A stretch of 64,000 nt of DNA from Yuukianura sp. NJ FZ-2021 (Eukaryota): assembly GCA_046563655.1 (NCBI GenBank), contig CM102286.1, positions 3,906,001-3,970,000 on the forward strand. Reading direction: 5' to 3'. Made by a program: the position numbers and the translations under genes. Positions 1 to 11,106 of this stretch are shown one piece after another. Positions within the stretch are counted from its first letter, which is position 1. Every line of letters starts with the position of its first letter. Under the pieces are notes generated by a model. That model had not been told where the DNA came from, made no database searches, and worked only from the letters and a program-made list of their open reading frames with translations.

Positions 1-543
1 CAAAATTGATGACGTCATTTACGTTTTCCCGGGAAAAATAAACAATGTGTTTCAAATGGGACGGGAAGTAATGACCTTGATTGGTCTCAGACCGGGAAAA
101 ATTGGGCATGACGAGAACTTCGAGTACACTGAAAATGGAATTTTGGCTATTCTAAGCTATGAACTAAAAAAGAAGTTAAATGGATACCACTGATGAGTTG
201 TGTTAGATGTCTTTGGGTTAGGTTATATTTTATATCTAAACTAGTCTAACAATAAGTTATATCCAAACTTATTCAAATAGTTACTAGTCAGTTAGTCAAA
301 TAGTTGGAAAAAGTTGGACACTTTTACTTTTTCAAAAGAAAAGGAAAAGAGTTAGACAAATTTTGACAAGTTAGCTAATCTGGAACATATAATGTAAAAT
401 TCTGCAATTTAGATAATAGTAACATTACTACGTAGTGAAAACAGTTGTTACCTTACGACCACGTAAAAAGTCAATTTAACGTAAGCATTTTAATTTAATA
501 TGTTTATGACAATACGTTCTAAATTGCGACTCCTTTTCTTACG

Positions 544-2019
544 TTAGTGAAACCCATGATCATCAACTGACAAAACTAGCATAATTGCATAGTCAACTGC
601 TTTGTACATGAACGTAACTGCTGTAGATTTTTCAAAATAGTAAAAAATACCCATTTCAATTTTGAGGTCACGGCATGAGCGAAGATGTTTCAATAAATAT
701 TTCACTTTGCATTTTCTCGTATTCTTTTGTCTTATAAACCGATCCGTAGGCTTAAGAAAAGTTCGATTGTCCAAACCCACGTCAGATTCAATTTTGTTTG
801 GCACCTTATCGTCCTCAGCAACGATTGCTTTGTCAAAGGTCGGAAAATTTTGGTTAGGCTCTTGGTTTAAAACGGAATCGATGTCAACGCTTCCGAGATT
901 CCACGACTTTCTAAAATTTGCTGCACTTTCATTAAGTATCCCACCATAAGGATATACCATTCTAGAAAAAGTAAAGCATCCGACTGTCACCAGCGGAAAA
1001 GTTATGTAGGCTTCAAACGGTAGTCGATTGAAGAAGGCAATTGTGCCGTACAGCCCACCAATCGACAGGCAGAGATTCAATGTCTTCTGCCCTTGCATAG
1101 CAGTGAAGTTCATTGTTGAATTTAAGCTGTTCATCATCAACTGCATATTACGGTAGACTAGCAGTACGTTTGGAATTGAGCGGAGCGATGGTGACGTAGC
1201 AGACGAAGTGTTGCCTGACTTTAATCTGAAACGATTGTTTTTTGTTAAGTTCAAATAAATTTTGAATTTTGAAAACAAACGGTATGCGTTAACGTACTGC
1301 ATTTCTTGTAGCCAGAAGCTTGTGCTTGCCAAAAACATGATGGATGTTCCTGCGTAGGGAAGGGCATTTAACCAGCAGATTGCGTATGGAAATACTTCCA
1401 ATGGAGCAAAAAGGTACTTCCAAACACATTGGCTTTCTAAAGCTGTCAAAGAAAAGTAAAATACTTGGTTCTTTGGGTGTGTCAAAAACAAAAATGCTAC
1501 TCCAAGTATTTGTCCAAAGTTAAACGTAGACAGGGCCAACAGGAATGGTCCACAAGCGTCCTTCACTTTTCTTCTTTGAAATGATTCTAATGTAGATTCA
1601 CAAACATTTTTTTTGTCAAGAGCAGAAAATTGTTTTTTTTAAGATGAAGTCTACTTACGCGTCAAGTGCTGCTCAGTATTAAGAAGCGTCGTCAGGAATT
1701 CAGCCAGTTCGTGTCTTCGAAAGTACGTATTGAGCTGTAGTAGGACTGCCAAGAAGCACTGGAACATCAAGGTCAACTGAAGCATGAAGTCCACAGGAGA
1801 AATTCCATCAAAAATAATAGACTTCAAACTTCGCGTTGTGACAAAACACGCCTGAAATACGACAAAAACTGTCGAAAACGTGAAAAGTGATTTTGCAATT
1901 CGTCTGTCGTCGGTTTTTAAGGTCAATGTCTCCTTGTCCCAAATAAATGGAGACGATTTTATTTTAATACTGAGACTCATGGACAACGTGAAGGCGTTGA
2001 TTGCAGCTTTAGACAACAT
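544..2019 (-). CDS. Divergent 7TM chemoreceptor-like (GR/OR-superfamily-like) protein, copy 1; 3 exons (2019-1659, 1586-1298, 1225-544)
   Basis: Multiple hydrophobic segments; GT-AG introns join the ORFs in frame; C-terminal SCRDLKIEMGIFYYFEKSTAVTF..DYAIMLVL resembles the IC3-TM7 region of arthropod chemoreceptors; close paralog immediately adjacent. Confidence 0.65.
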
Positions 2020-2465
2020 TGCGCGTATGAAGAAACTTTTTTAAGAAACAAAATGGGTCACGACGCTTCTGACTTCTAGAAATAAAATGAGCTTTACCTC
2101 CAATCGACGTTAACATGTTAAGCGATTCTCCTTAATTGAGTTTGAAAATTGCATTCCAACTACTACATTTCTTCAACGAATTTCTTCCGTAAACATTGAA
2201 TATTGGCTAACATGTTTACTGCTATTAGTTGATACGACACAATTTTCCGAAAAATAACGTAACATAATTCGCCCTTGTAACCTAACTTTAGTCGCATGCT
2301 ACTCTAACTTTCGCGAATTGTCACTACTGGGATAATTTGGAGCGCTTGAAACATGGAAGTGGTTTGATTAAGGACGCTGCATTTCGAATCCAGATTTTTT
2401 CTATTTTTTTTTAATATGTTCATGATAATGCCTTTTAGTTTCTAATTTACAGCTACTCTTCTAAG

Positions 2466-3945
2466 TTAGTGAAATCCATAATCGTCAACTGACAAAACTA
2501 GCATAACTGCATAGTCAACTGCTGTGTACATGAACGTAACTGCTGTAGATTTTTCAAAATAGTAAAAAATACCCATTTCAATTTTAGGGTCACGGCAGGA
2601 GCGAAGATGTTTCAATAAATATTTCACATTGCCTTTTCTCGTATTCTTTTGCCTTATAAATCGATCCGTAGGCTTTTCAAGAAAATTTCGCTTTTCCAAA
2701 CCCGCATCAGGTTTAATTTTGTTTGACACTTTATCGTTCTCAGCAATGATTCTTTTGTCAGTGTTCAATTGATGCTTAGGCTCTTGGTTTAAAACGGAAT
2801 CGATGTCAACGCTTCCAAGATTCCACGACTTTCTAAAATTTGCTGCAATTTCATTAAGTATACCACCATAAGGATATACCATCCTAGAAAACGTAAAACA
2901 CGTGACGGTTACAATCGGGAAAGTAATGTAGGCTTCGAATGGTAGTCGATTGAAGAAGGCAATTGTGCCATACAGCCCACCAATCGACATGCACAGATTC
3001 AACGTCTTTGATCCTTGCATAGCAGTGAAGCTCAGTGTTGAATTGAAGCGGTTCATCATCAACTGCATATTCCGGTAGACGAGCAATACGTTTGGAATTG
3101 AGCGGAGCGATGGTGACGTAGCAGTCGCAATGTTGGTAGACTTTAATCTGAAAATATTTTTTTCTAGGTAAGTTCAACTTAATTTTATATTTTGAAAAAA
3201 AAGGCATGAGTTATGACGTACTGCGTTTCTTGCAGCCAGAAGCTTGTGCTTGCCAGAAACATGATGGATATTGCTGCGTAGGGAAGGGCATTTAACCAGC
3301 AGATTGCGTATGGAAATACTTCCAATGGAGCAAAAATGTACTTCCAAACACATTGGCTTTTTAAACATGTCAAAGAAAAGTAAAATACTTGATTCGTCGG
3401 ATGCGTCAAAAACACAAATGCTACTCCAAATATTTGGACAAAGTTGAACGTACATAGGGCCCACAGGAATGGTCCACAAGCGTCCTTGACTTTTCTTCTT
3501 TGAAATGATTCTAATGTAAATTCACACAGAAATTTTTCACAACAGAATCACAACATAAATGTATATACGCGTAAGTATACTTACGCGTCAAGTGCTGCTC
3601 AGTATTGAAAAGCGTTGTGATGAATTCCGCCAATTCGTCTCGTCGAAAGTAGGTATTGAGCTGCATGACGAGTGACAAGACGCACTGGGACATCAAGGTC
3701 AACTGGAGCATGAAGGCCACAGGAGAAATTGCATCAAATATAATAGACTGCAAACTTCGCGTTGTGACAAAACACGCCTGAAATACGACAAAAACTGTCG
3801 ACATCGTAAAAAGTGTTCTGGTGGTTCGACTGTCGTCGGTTTTTAAGGTCAATGTCTCGCTGTCCCAGACAAATGGAGACGATTTTATTTTAGTACTAAG
3901 GCTCATGGACAAGGCGAAGGCGCTGATTGCAGCTTTAGACAACAT
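2466..3945 (-). CDS. Divergent 7TM chemoreceptor-like protein, copy 2; 3 exons (3945-3585, 3510-3222, 3147-2466)
   Basis: Highly similar to 544-2019 along its length with identical intron positions; upstream regions are also homologous (about 1.9 kb tandem duplication). Confidence 0.65.
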
Positions 3946-4645
3946 AGCGTGTTTAAAGAATTTTTTTAAGAAGCAAAATAGTCACGCCTAACCTAACAAA
4001 AAAAGCAAAAGAATCAAAATGACAAAAACGACGCTTGTGAGTTTCAGAATTAATATGAACCTCCAGTCGAAGTGATTTTGCCAGACGAAGTCCATTTAAA
4101 GCGATTTTTCAAAATTGAGTTTGAAAATTGCTTTCTAAACATTAAATGTCATCAAAAAATTTCTTAAGTAAACATTGTATATTGACTAAACACGTTTGAT
4201 ACTACTATTAGTTCACATTAAACGAAACAATTTTCCAAAAAGTTGTTTTGCAGAATATGATATTGAAGCCTAACTTTGGTCGGATGTTACTTTAACCTTT
4301 ACAGGGTTCGCAGGAATTGGTACTTTTGAGAGGATTTTGTTGGAATTTCCTGCGTTTGGTCTTCACGTTAACATTGGCTTCTATTTCCCGCCAAATCCTT
4401 TCCTTTTCCTCGTTTTTTTAATTAATGGGTGATGCTCCATTGACTTAAGACTGATTTCAGTTTTTGATTATTCCACAACCTTGAGCAGACCCATCATTAC
4501 TTCAAAAATTCCCACAATGCAACCTATGAAATTCCAAAATAATTTCAGTTTGCAAAAGAGTTTACATAAACAAGCATCTCAAATATTTTCTTAGAAATAA
4601 ATCAACCCCAATTTGAAAAACAATCAAATTTTGAACGTTGTTAAA

Positions 4646-5073
4646 ATGTTGAAATTTTCCGTCCTGGCGGTTGTACTGTGGCTTGGCCTTGTGTCATATT
4701 GCTTTAGTGCGCCACTCGTAGAAGATGGACGATACATCCGAGATAATGAATTTGGCCCAATGCCTGTAAGTCAATCGCAAAATACAAATTAAAGTCTTTT
4801 TATTCCAAAATTGTCCTGCAACTTTCTAAAAATAATTTTGCTAATTTCTATTAGTACGAATTCACGTACACGGTGGACGATCCCCCGTCTGCAAATTATT
4901 TTGGTCACGCAGAACATGGCGGAGAAGCTCACGGAAGAACAGAAGGAAAATATTTCGTTTTGTTGCCGGATGGTCGCCTCATGACTGTGGCTTACTACGT
5001 GGACGACAAAAGCGGATTTGTTCCAACCATTACTTTTACCCGGCCCAATACCAACCGCCTCCAGAATCCATAA
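4646..5073 (+). CDS. Cuticular protein with R&R chitin-binding domain (pro-resilin/RR-2-like), 2 exons
   Basis: Signal peptide MLKFSVLAVVLWLGLVSYCFSA; intron about 4766-4854; PYEFTYTVDD..NYFGHAE..GKYFVLLPDGRLMTVAYYVD..GF matches the R&R consensus. Confidence 0.9.
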
Positions 5074-5570
5074 TTGAACAGCTATAAAATTTTGCACAGT
5101 CTTTTTTTCAATGAGCAGAAAGTATAATTTTTAATATTCAATATAAAGCAATTGGCGATGAGCCGTACTTTAATTAAATTTGTCAAAAACTTTTTGAAGA
5201 GCAAGATTCTCCAGGTTTATTTTCACTTATACGTGTATATTTTACAAGGACAAAAACGTTACGAAACTTTGCTTTAACTATTATCTAGATGAAGTAGAGA
5301 GCCTTATTTGATTCATTGTGTCTGATATCAGAAAAAAATCTAGCGATTTGAAGATGTTTTTCCAATTAAAATAGCATTGTGAGAATCTTTTTATATTTGG
5401 AAAAAAAGATGATGAGGAAACTACTCCTTAATTTTTTTTTTGTCAGATTTTAATCATGTTTCTTTTTAAGTTAGGTTTTTCCTAATCCTGTAAGTAAACA
5501 AGCATTAAATTGCTTTTTTTTAACTAAATTGCAACAAACTGACGCCGTTCAATAAAATTTCATGAAAATT

Positions 5571-6467
5571 TTAAGCAACAGGCTTGTTTCCGTTCTTCAA
5601 GCAAGTTGATGGGTTAAATGGGTCATAGTTAAAGTCAAATCCACAGTAAAGGCCTTCCTTGCACTCGTCATCTTTGCTGCACCGTCCTCCCGCTCCAACA
5701 GATTTGGCTGAAATGCATGTAAATCCTGACGAGCATACCAACGGCGTTTGACAATCAGAATTTCTGGCACAGCCTTCGCCAATTCCAGAAAGAGGATTTG
5801 GTCTCGACGTGTTCCTACAACGTCCATCGACACAGGAAATTCCATCACCATGACACCCAATTGCAACTCCATTTTTGACCCCGCATGGTCCATGTTCACC
5901 AGTGGAGCAGTTGTTCATGCCATCGTAATTCCGCAAGTCCCAGAACGTGCCTGGCGCATCGGCAATTTCCACTTTTTCACAACGGCATCGCAAGTCATTA
6001 TTGCCCCGGGTTCTGGTACATTCCAGGTCCAAGTCATCCGAAAACTGACAGGCAGAGCATGCGCTCACGGGAAATTCATAGGCGCCTTTAACTGTTTTCA
6101 AAGGATCGGCTGGATCTCGGCATCGTCCGTCAATACATTCAAAATTATCCCGGCAACCAATTTTGAAATTCTTTTTGGAATTGGTTCCACACGGCCCGTA
6201 TTTGGACATGAGACATTTATTTCCAGTGACTCCAAGATGGTACTCCGATTGGTAAGTGCTGAAGCAGTTGCATTTGTTGACGTTGTAGTAACAGGCAAGA
6301 GCCAGCATCGGTTCCGCCGTTGTCACTTGGCAATCCTTGTAGTCACGACAAATGCTTGTAACCAAGAGCCCTTCAGAGTCGACCGTACCGGAAGGAATCG
6401 GCAGAAGTTCCGCCGAAATCGAAACGGCACTCAGCAGAAGAAAAGGCAACACCAGGGAGTTTTCCAT
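5571..6467 (-). CDS. Secreted cysteine-rich repeat protein, copy 1 (298 aa, 28 Cys)
   Basis: Signal peptide; two 10-Cys modules (GPCG..IGC..C.DGRCR) and two 4-Cys modules; single coding exon; paralog at 7610-8560. Confidence 0.8.
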   Translation of the reverse strand: MENSLVLPFLLLSAVSISAELLPIPSGTVDSEGLLVTSICRDYKDCQVTTAEPMLALACYYNVNKCNCFSTYQSEYHLGVTGNKCLMSKYGPCGTNSKKNFKIGCRDNFECIDGRCRDPADPLKTVKGAYEFPVSACSACQFSDDLDLECTRTRGNNDLRCRCEKVEIADAPGTFWDLRNYDGMNNCSTGEHGPCGVKNGVAIGCHGDGISCVDGRCRNTSRPNPLSGIGEGCARNSDCQTPLVCSSGFTCISAKSVGAGGRCSKDDECKEGLYCGFDFNYDPFNPSTCLKNGNKPVA

Positions 6468-7179
6468 AGTTTTTAAATTTTTATCTAAAAAATTTGGTAA
6501 CTTTGTATTAGAATTTTTAGTTTAGTTAGCTTGGAGCATAACAATTTTTGAGTGTAGGAAAAAAAATTGATATGAACTTACACTGTTGTTGAGCTGCAAT
6601 AACAGACTTCTGAAAGGCTGATCAGTGTCTGTTTTAGTGTTTAAGGCGAATGGCGAGATGTAAGATTAACTTTTTAGCATTATATCCTCAAAATGCTAAA
6701 AAATTAAGTCCAATTAAGCATAAATCTAAATCAATTTATTTTTCTCTCCAAAAAAGTAAAGTAGTTCCGTTGCCACACCACAACTCTGAAGTTCAATTAT
6801 GCATGTTCAGGCATAGGATAAGGTGAAAACTGTAAAAACCTATTGTTAAGTAATTGAAGGACATCCACAAAGCTTCACTTACTATAAAAACGTCTCATCA
6901 AAAAATTCCAATAAAATTGCCCAACCCATTCCCAAAAACCACTTTTAAGTTTGGATTGTACTGATTAAGCTGGCGCGCACTGTATAATTTCCCCAAAAGC
7001 AGGTTTCCATATTTTAATTTAACTGAAGTTTAATTAAAATTATCAATAACATTTTTGAAGAATAAAATTCTCCCGTTTTATTTTCACTTATGCCGTGTAT
7101 TTTACAAAGAAACAGAAACTTTAAATGAAACTTTGGTTTAGCTTAGTATTTACAAGGATTGGAAGTGAATTACTGAATT

Positions 7180-7415
7180 ATTAAGTAGCGAAGCTGTTTT
7201 ATGCATCGACCTTGTCTGTCTGTCTGTCTGTCCGGCCGCCGGCGGCAATTATCTCGGAAATGGCTCAACATTTCCGGGATCTGTTTTCACTAGTGAACAC
7301 CGAAGGTCGGGCGGATGTTCACTATTGAATATCATCCCGGTGGGTCAACTCCTTCCGGGTCGAAGGTCAAGTGCTTCGCTACTTTCGTATACTCCGGGTT
7401 ACGACCGGATTTATT
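7180..7415 (+). mobile_element. Non-autonomous Helentron/HINE (DINE-1-like) element
   Basis: Subterminal inverted repeat AAGTAGCGAAGC (7183-7194) / GCTTCGCTACTT (7373-7384); (TGTC)n microsatellite near 7213-7232; 3' hairpin TCCGG..CCGGA (7393-7409); T-rich flanks; absent from the paralogous flank near 5300. Confidence 0.75.
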
Positions 7416-7609
7416 TAGCATTGTGTGAAAAAATCTAAACGAGAGAGAGTTGTATATGTATTGTGTTTTGAGGATCTCTTCTTTCTTGGATGCAAACTAC
7501 CAGGAAACTTTACCCCTGAGAATTTATTTCAGATTTTAAACATGTCTTTTGGTTAAGTTTTCGTAACTTATGTAAGCCAACAACCACTAAATTGCTCTTT
7601 TTCCTTCAC

Positions 7610-8560
7610 CTAACCTAAAATTGAAGCAAATGACGCCGCTGAATCAAACTTAGTTAGAATACCAGGCATTTGGCTTGCAGGTTGGCTCGCGTTTTTCATG
7701 CAGGTTGATGGGTTAAACGGGTCAAAGTTAGGATCAGTTTCACAAGAGAGGCCTTCCTGGCACTCGTCATCTTTGCCGCACCTTCCTCCAGCTGCAACAG
7801 ACTTGGCTGCAATACATGTAAATCCTGACGAACATACCAACGGTGGTTGGCAATCAGAATTTGCGGAACAGCGTTCGCCAGTTCCAGAAAGAGGATTTGG
7901 TCTCGTCGTGTTCCTACAACGTTCCTCGACGCAGGAAATTCCATCACCATGACACCCAATTCGAATTCCGTTTCTGATTCCACATGGTCCATGTTCACCA
8001 GTGGAGCAGTTGTTCATGCCATCGTAATTCCGCAAGTCCCACGACGTGCCTGGCAAATCTGGAATTTCCACTTTTTCACAACGACATCGCAAGTCCTTCG
8101 CGGTTCCGGTACACTCCAGGTCCAAGTCTTCCGAAAACTGGCAAGCAGAGCATGAGTTCACGGGAAATTCATAGGCGCCTTTAACTGTTTTGAAAGGATC
8201 GGTTGGATCTCGGCAGCGACCCTCAATGCATTCGAAATTGTCGCGACAACCGATTTTGAAATTCTTTTTGGAATTGGTTCCACACGGCCCGTATTTGGAC
8301 ATGAGACATTTATTTCCAGTGACTCCAAGATGGTACTCCGATTGGTAGGTGTTGAAGCAGTTGCATTTTTTGACGTTGTAGTAACAAGCAAGAGCCAGTC
8401 CCGGTTCCCCGGTTGTCACTTGGCAATCCTTGTAGTCATGACAAATGCTTGTAAGCAAGAGACCTTCAGAGTCAACCGTACCAGAAGCAATCGGCCGAGG
8501 ACCAGCCGAAATCGAAACGGCACTGAACAGAAGAAAAGCCAACAACAGAGAGGTTTCCAT
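7610..8560 (-). CDS. Secreted cysteine-rich repeat protein, copy 2
   Basis: ATG at 8560 aligns with the copy 1 start; Cys pattern conserved; extended C-terminus; flanks homologous (about 5160-6960 vs 7020-9150). Confidence 0.8.
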   Translation of the reverse strand: METSLLLAFLLFSAVSISAGPRPIASGTVDSEGLLLTSICHDYKDCQVTTGEPGLALACYYNVKKCNCFNTYQSEYHLGVTGNKCLMSKYGPCGTNSKKNFKIGCRDNFECIEGRCRDPTDPFKTVKGAYEFPVNSCSACQFSEDLDLECTGTAKDLRCRCEKVEIPDLPGTSWDLRNYDGMNNCSTGEHGPCGIRNGIRIGCHGDGISCVEERCRNTTRPNPLSGTGERCSANSDCQPPLVCSSGFTCIAAKSVAAGGRCGKDDECQEGLSCETDPNFDPFNPSTCMKNASQPASQMPGILTKFDSAASFASILG

Positions 8561-8781
8561 ACTTTTTAAATTTGTGTCCAAAAATTATATAATTTTGTGT
8601 TACAATTTTGAGTTTAGGTAGTTTGAGCGTAATTTTTTTTTAAAGTGTGGGGAAAAGTTTGATATGGGGCTTACACGGAGCTGATCTACAGCAGATTTTT
8701 ATGCTGAAAGATTGATCAGTATTTGAGTGTTTGGCGAGATGTAAGATTCACTATTTACCCTTATATGCTCACAATGCTAAG

Positions 8782-8965
8782 AAATTAACTCCAATTTAAA
8801 TATAACACACGAAGCGATTCATTTTTATACCAAGGACACAGAAGTCCTGTCGCCCGCCGCGCCATAAGTCTGACGCGTGCAGAATTAACGACGGGAGGAC
8901 GGGATGACTGTACATTAGGTATAAACATAAATCGCTTTAGATGTATATTTAATCGGAGTTAATTT
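8782..8965. repeat. Long imperfect inverted repeat (fold-back, about 185 nt)
   Basis: AAATTAACTCC..AAGCGATTCATTTTTATACC.. pairs with ..GGTATAAACATAAATCGCTT..GGAGTTAATTT. Confidence 0.8.
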
Positions 8966-9237
8966 GTTATGCCAATGCAAATAGGCATAGGATATTAATT
9001 TTTAAAAACAAGAAAAAACAAGCTATTGTTAAGCTATTGAAGGACATCCAAAAGCATGGCTCTACTTAATACTATAAAAACGCGCCAGTAACAAAAATAC
9101 ACTAAAATTGTGCTACCAACACGTGTTGTCACTTTTTAAGGTTGGATGTTAAATCGGATGTGCGTCAAAATCCATTCCGTCAAACCTTGATTTATTGAAG
9201 TATTGTTTCCAACTAATTTTTACATCTTCTGTAAAAA

Positions 9238-11106
9238 TTAGACGGCACAAATTTTCTCTAAATTGCAAGTATCAACGAACGGGGCAACATGCCTTCGGAA
9301 TGCCTCCCATGAACAAACCGACCGTCCACCGCAACCTGCAAAAGCTCTTGGAAGCTCTTGAAAGTAGAAACCAATTTTGTTTTCAATAGTTTCACCAACT
9401 GGGCAGCTAAAATTATTAACAAAGGTTTTTGAGTATTAGCGGCAAATGTTAGAATTTAACAAGATTTTTTGAAAAGTTCTTTTTAGTGTTACTTGAACAG
9501 CGTGAGCGCCATGTTACTGGCCATTGTGTCAATCCAACTGCTTCTCCATGTGTACATGTTTTTCATAATTTCGAAATTGGCGCTAGTGATTTCATAGGAC
9601 AAGAACAGACTAAGACGAGCTAACATTTTCAAATTGGCGCCTGAGTGAGAGAAGTAGCCTTGGACTGTTCGCAAATCTGCAGATGGGTCGTCCAAATACG
9701 TTCTAAAAAGCAAGGACAGTTCTCTTGCATAAATTTTGAATAACAAAATTTTCGAAAGTAAAACTTACTCGAAGTATTCTACAGCATCTCTGAATGGTGG
9801 GCAAGCTTGTTTGAAGTCAATCTCGTAGCCATAACCATCCTTCCAGAAATATTCGAGATCTTCTCGGTAAGACATGACCTTGAAGTCCTCAAGATCAAAA
9901 ATGACGCACCACGGTGACGTCGTTCCGTTTTTCCATGCTGTTTCAAAGGCGCATGTCGTAAATGCGATCGTAATTTCTTCCAACGTCATATTTCTTTCTA
10001 GCCCAACACGAGTGGAGACACGAGAAATTGTTTGGAGCATTGGAGCGGATTTGACGAATTTGTCATGCTCAGCATTTGCTGCTTGGTTTTCATCTACTTC
10101 TTGGATCCATTTTGGACAAGCGTCATAAAACTATAAAAAAAAAAAGAAATGTTAACAATTTGATTTCAACTTAAAATTTTAACTTATAAGTTTTAACAGT
10201 TCACCCTGAGAACTGGATCAGGATTTTCCGCTGGAGGCATCCATAGGTTAGCAATTCCATCAATACCGAACAATCCTTCTGCGAATGCTTTAGCACTGGC
10301 TTCAGTCCTCTGCTCATCGGTGTGTTTGAACTAAAATTTTTCAAATGATCATTGACCTTGCCAATTTTTGTTGCAAAATTTAAAACAAAAAATTTTTTTT
10401 TACAAAGTAGCTGCTATTGTCAAAAGTATCCGGGAATAAATTTGGAAATCGACTTTTGTATCTCTCTCCAATTTGTTGCAATTCCCTTCGTCCTTGCTCA
10501 ACCAGCCATGATTCTTCGGAGATATTAAGAGGTGTTGGAATCCATGAACCAAAATGAGCTTGTGCGTCAGTGCAGAGGTTGTCTTTTCCAGAAAAAATTT
10601 GCAATGTAAGTGTCCATTAAATATTTGCAAATTTATTTGTCAGTTTAACTCTTAAGTTCTAAAAGTGTTGGGGAAATACCCTTTCCATCTTCAATTGCTT
10701 CCATAATTTCTGTATGCAGGGCAGGAATAACAGTTTGCATTAGGATAATGTCATCGTCCCCTGGATTTCTAGTTCCGTGGCGTCCAAAATACCAGAATTT
10801 GGCAGGAGTGCAGCCTAAGAAAAAAAAATGCATTTTGAAAAGATGTCATCTAAAAAAAAGAAAAAACGAATCCATTTTTTTTTTGCAAAAATTTTGCGTA
10901 CCATCAGGAATATATTTCACACGGCTTCCCAAGGCACTGTCGTAGTGATATGGCCTTTTGCTGGCCAAGTAGCCCAGGCTTTGTTCGTTAAGCGAATCGT
11001 GACATTGAGTTTTGCCGTGTTTCGTAGGTTTGATTGTTTTGGATTGAATTTGTCCTAGAGCCACGAACAACACTAAAATTGCCAAAATCTTCCCTGATGA
11101 ATTCAT
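9238..11106 (-). CDS. MINPP1: Multiple inositol polyphosphate phosphatase (histidine acid phosphatase family), multi-exon
   Basis: Signal peptide; RHGTRNP catalytic motif; CAFETAW..SPWC, EDLEYFWKDGYG and YFSHS motifs typical of Mipp1; last exon ends CNLEKICAV*. Confidence 0.88.

Noticed and set aside
1226..1297. In-frame, stop-free 72-nt intron as a regulated retention event
   Set aside because: The paralogous intron is 74 nt and breaks the frame, so this is probably chance.
5748..6476. 242-aa antisense ORF over the Cys-rich gene
   Set aside because: Broken in the paralog and not protein-like; a shadow ORF.
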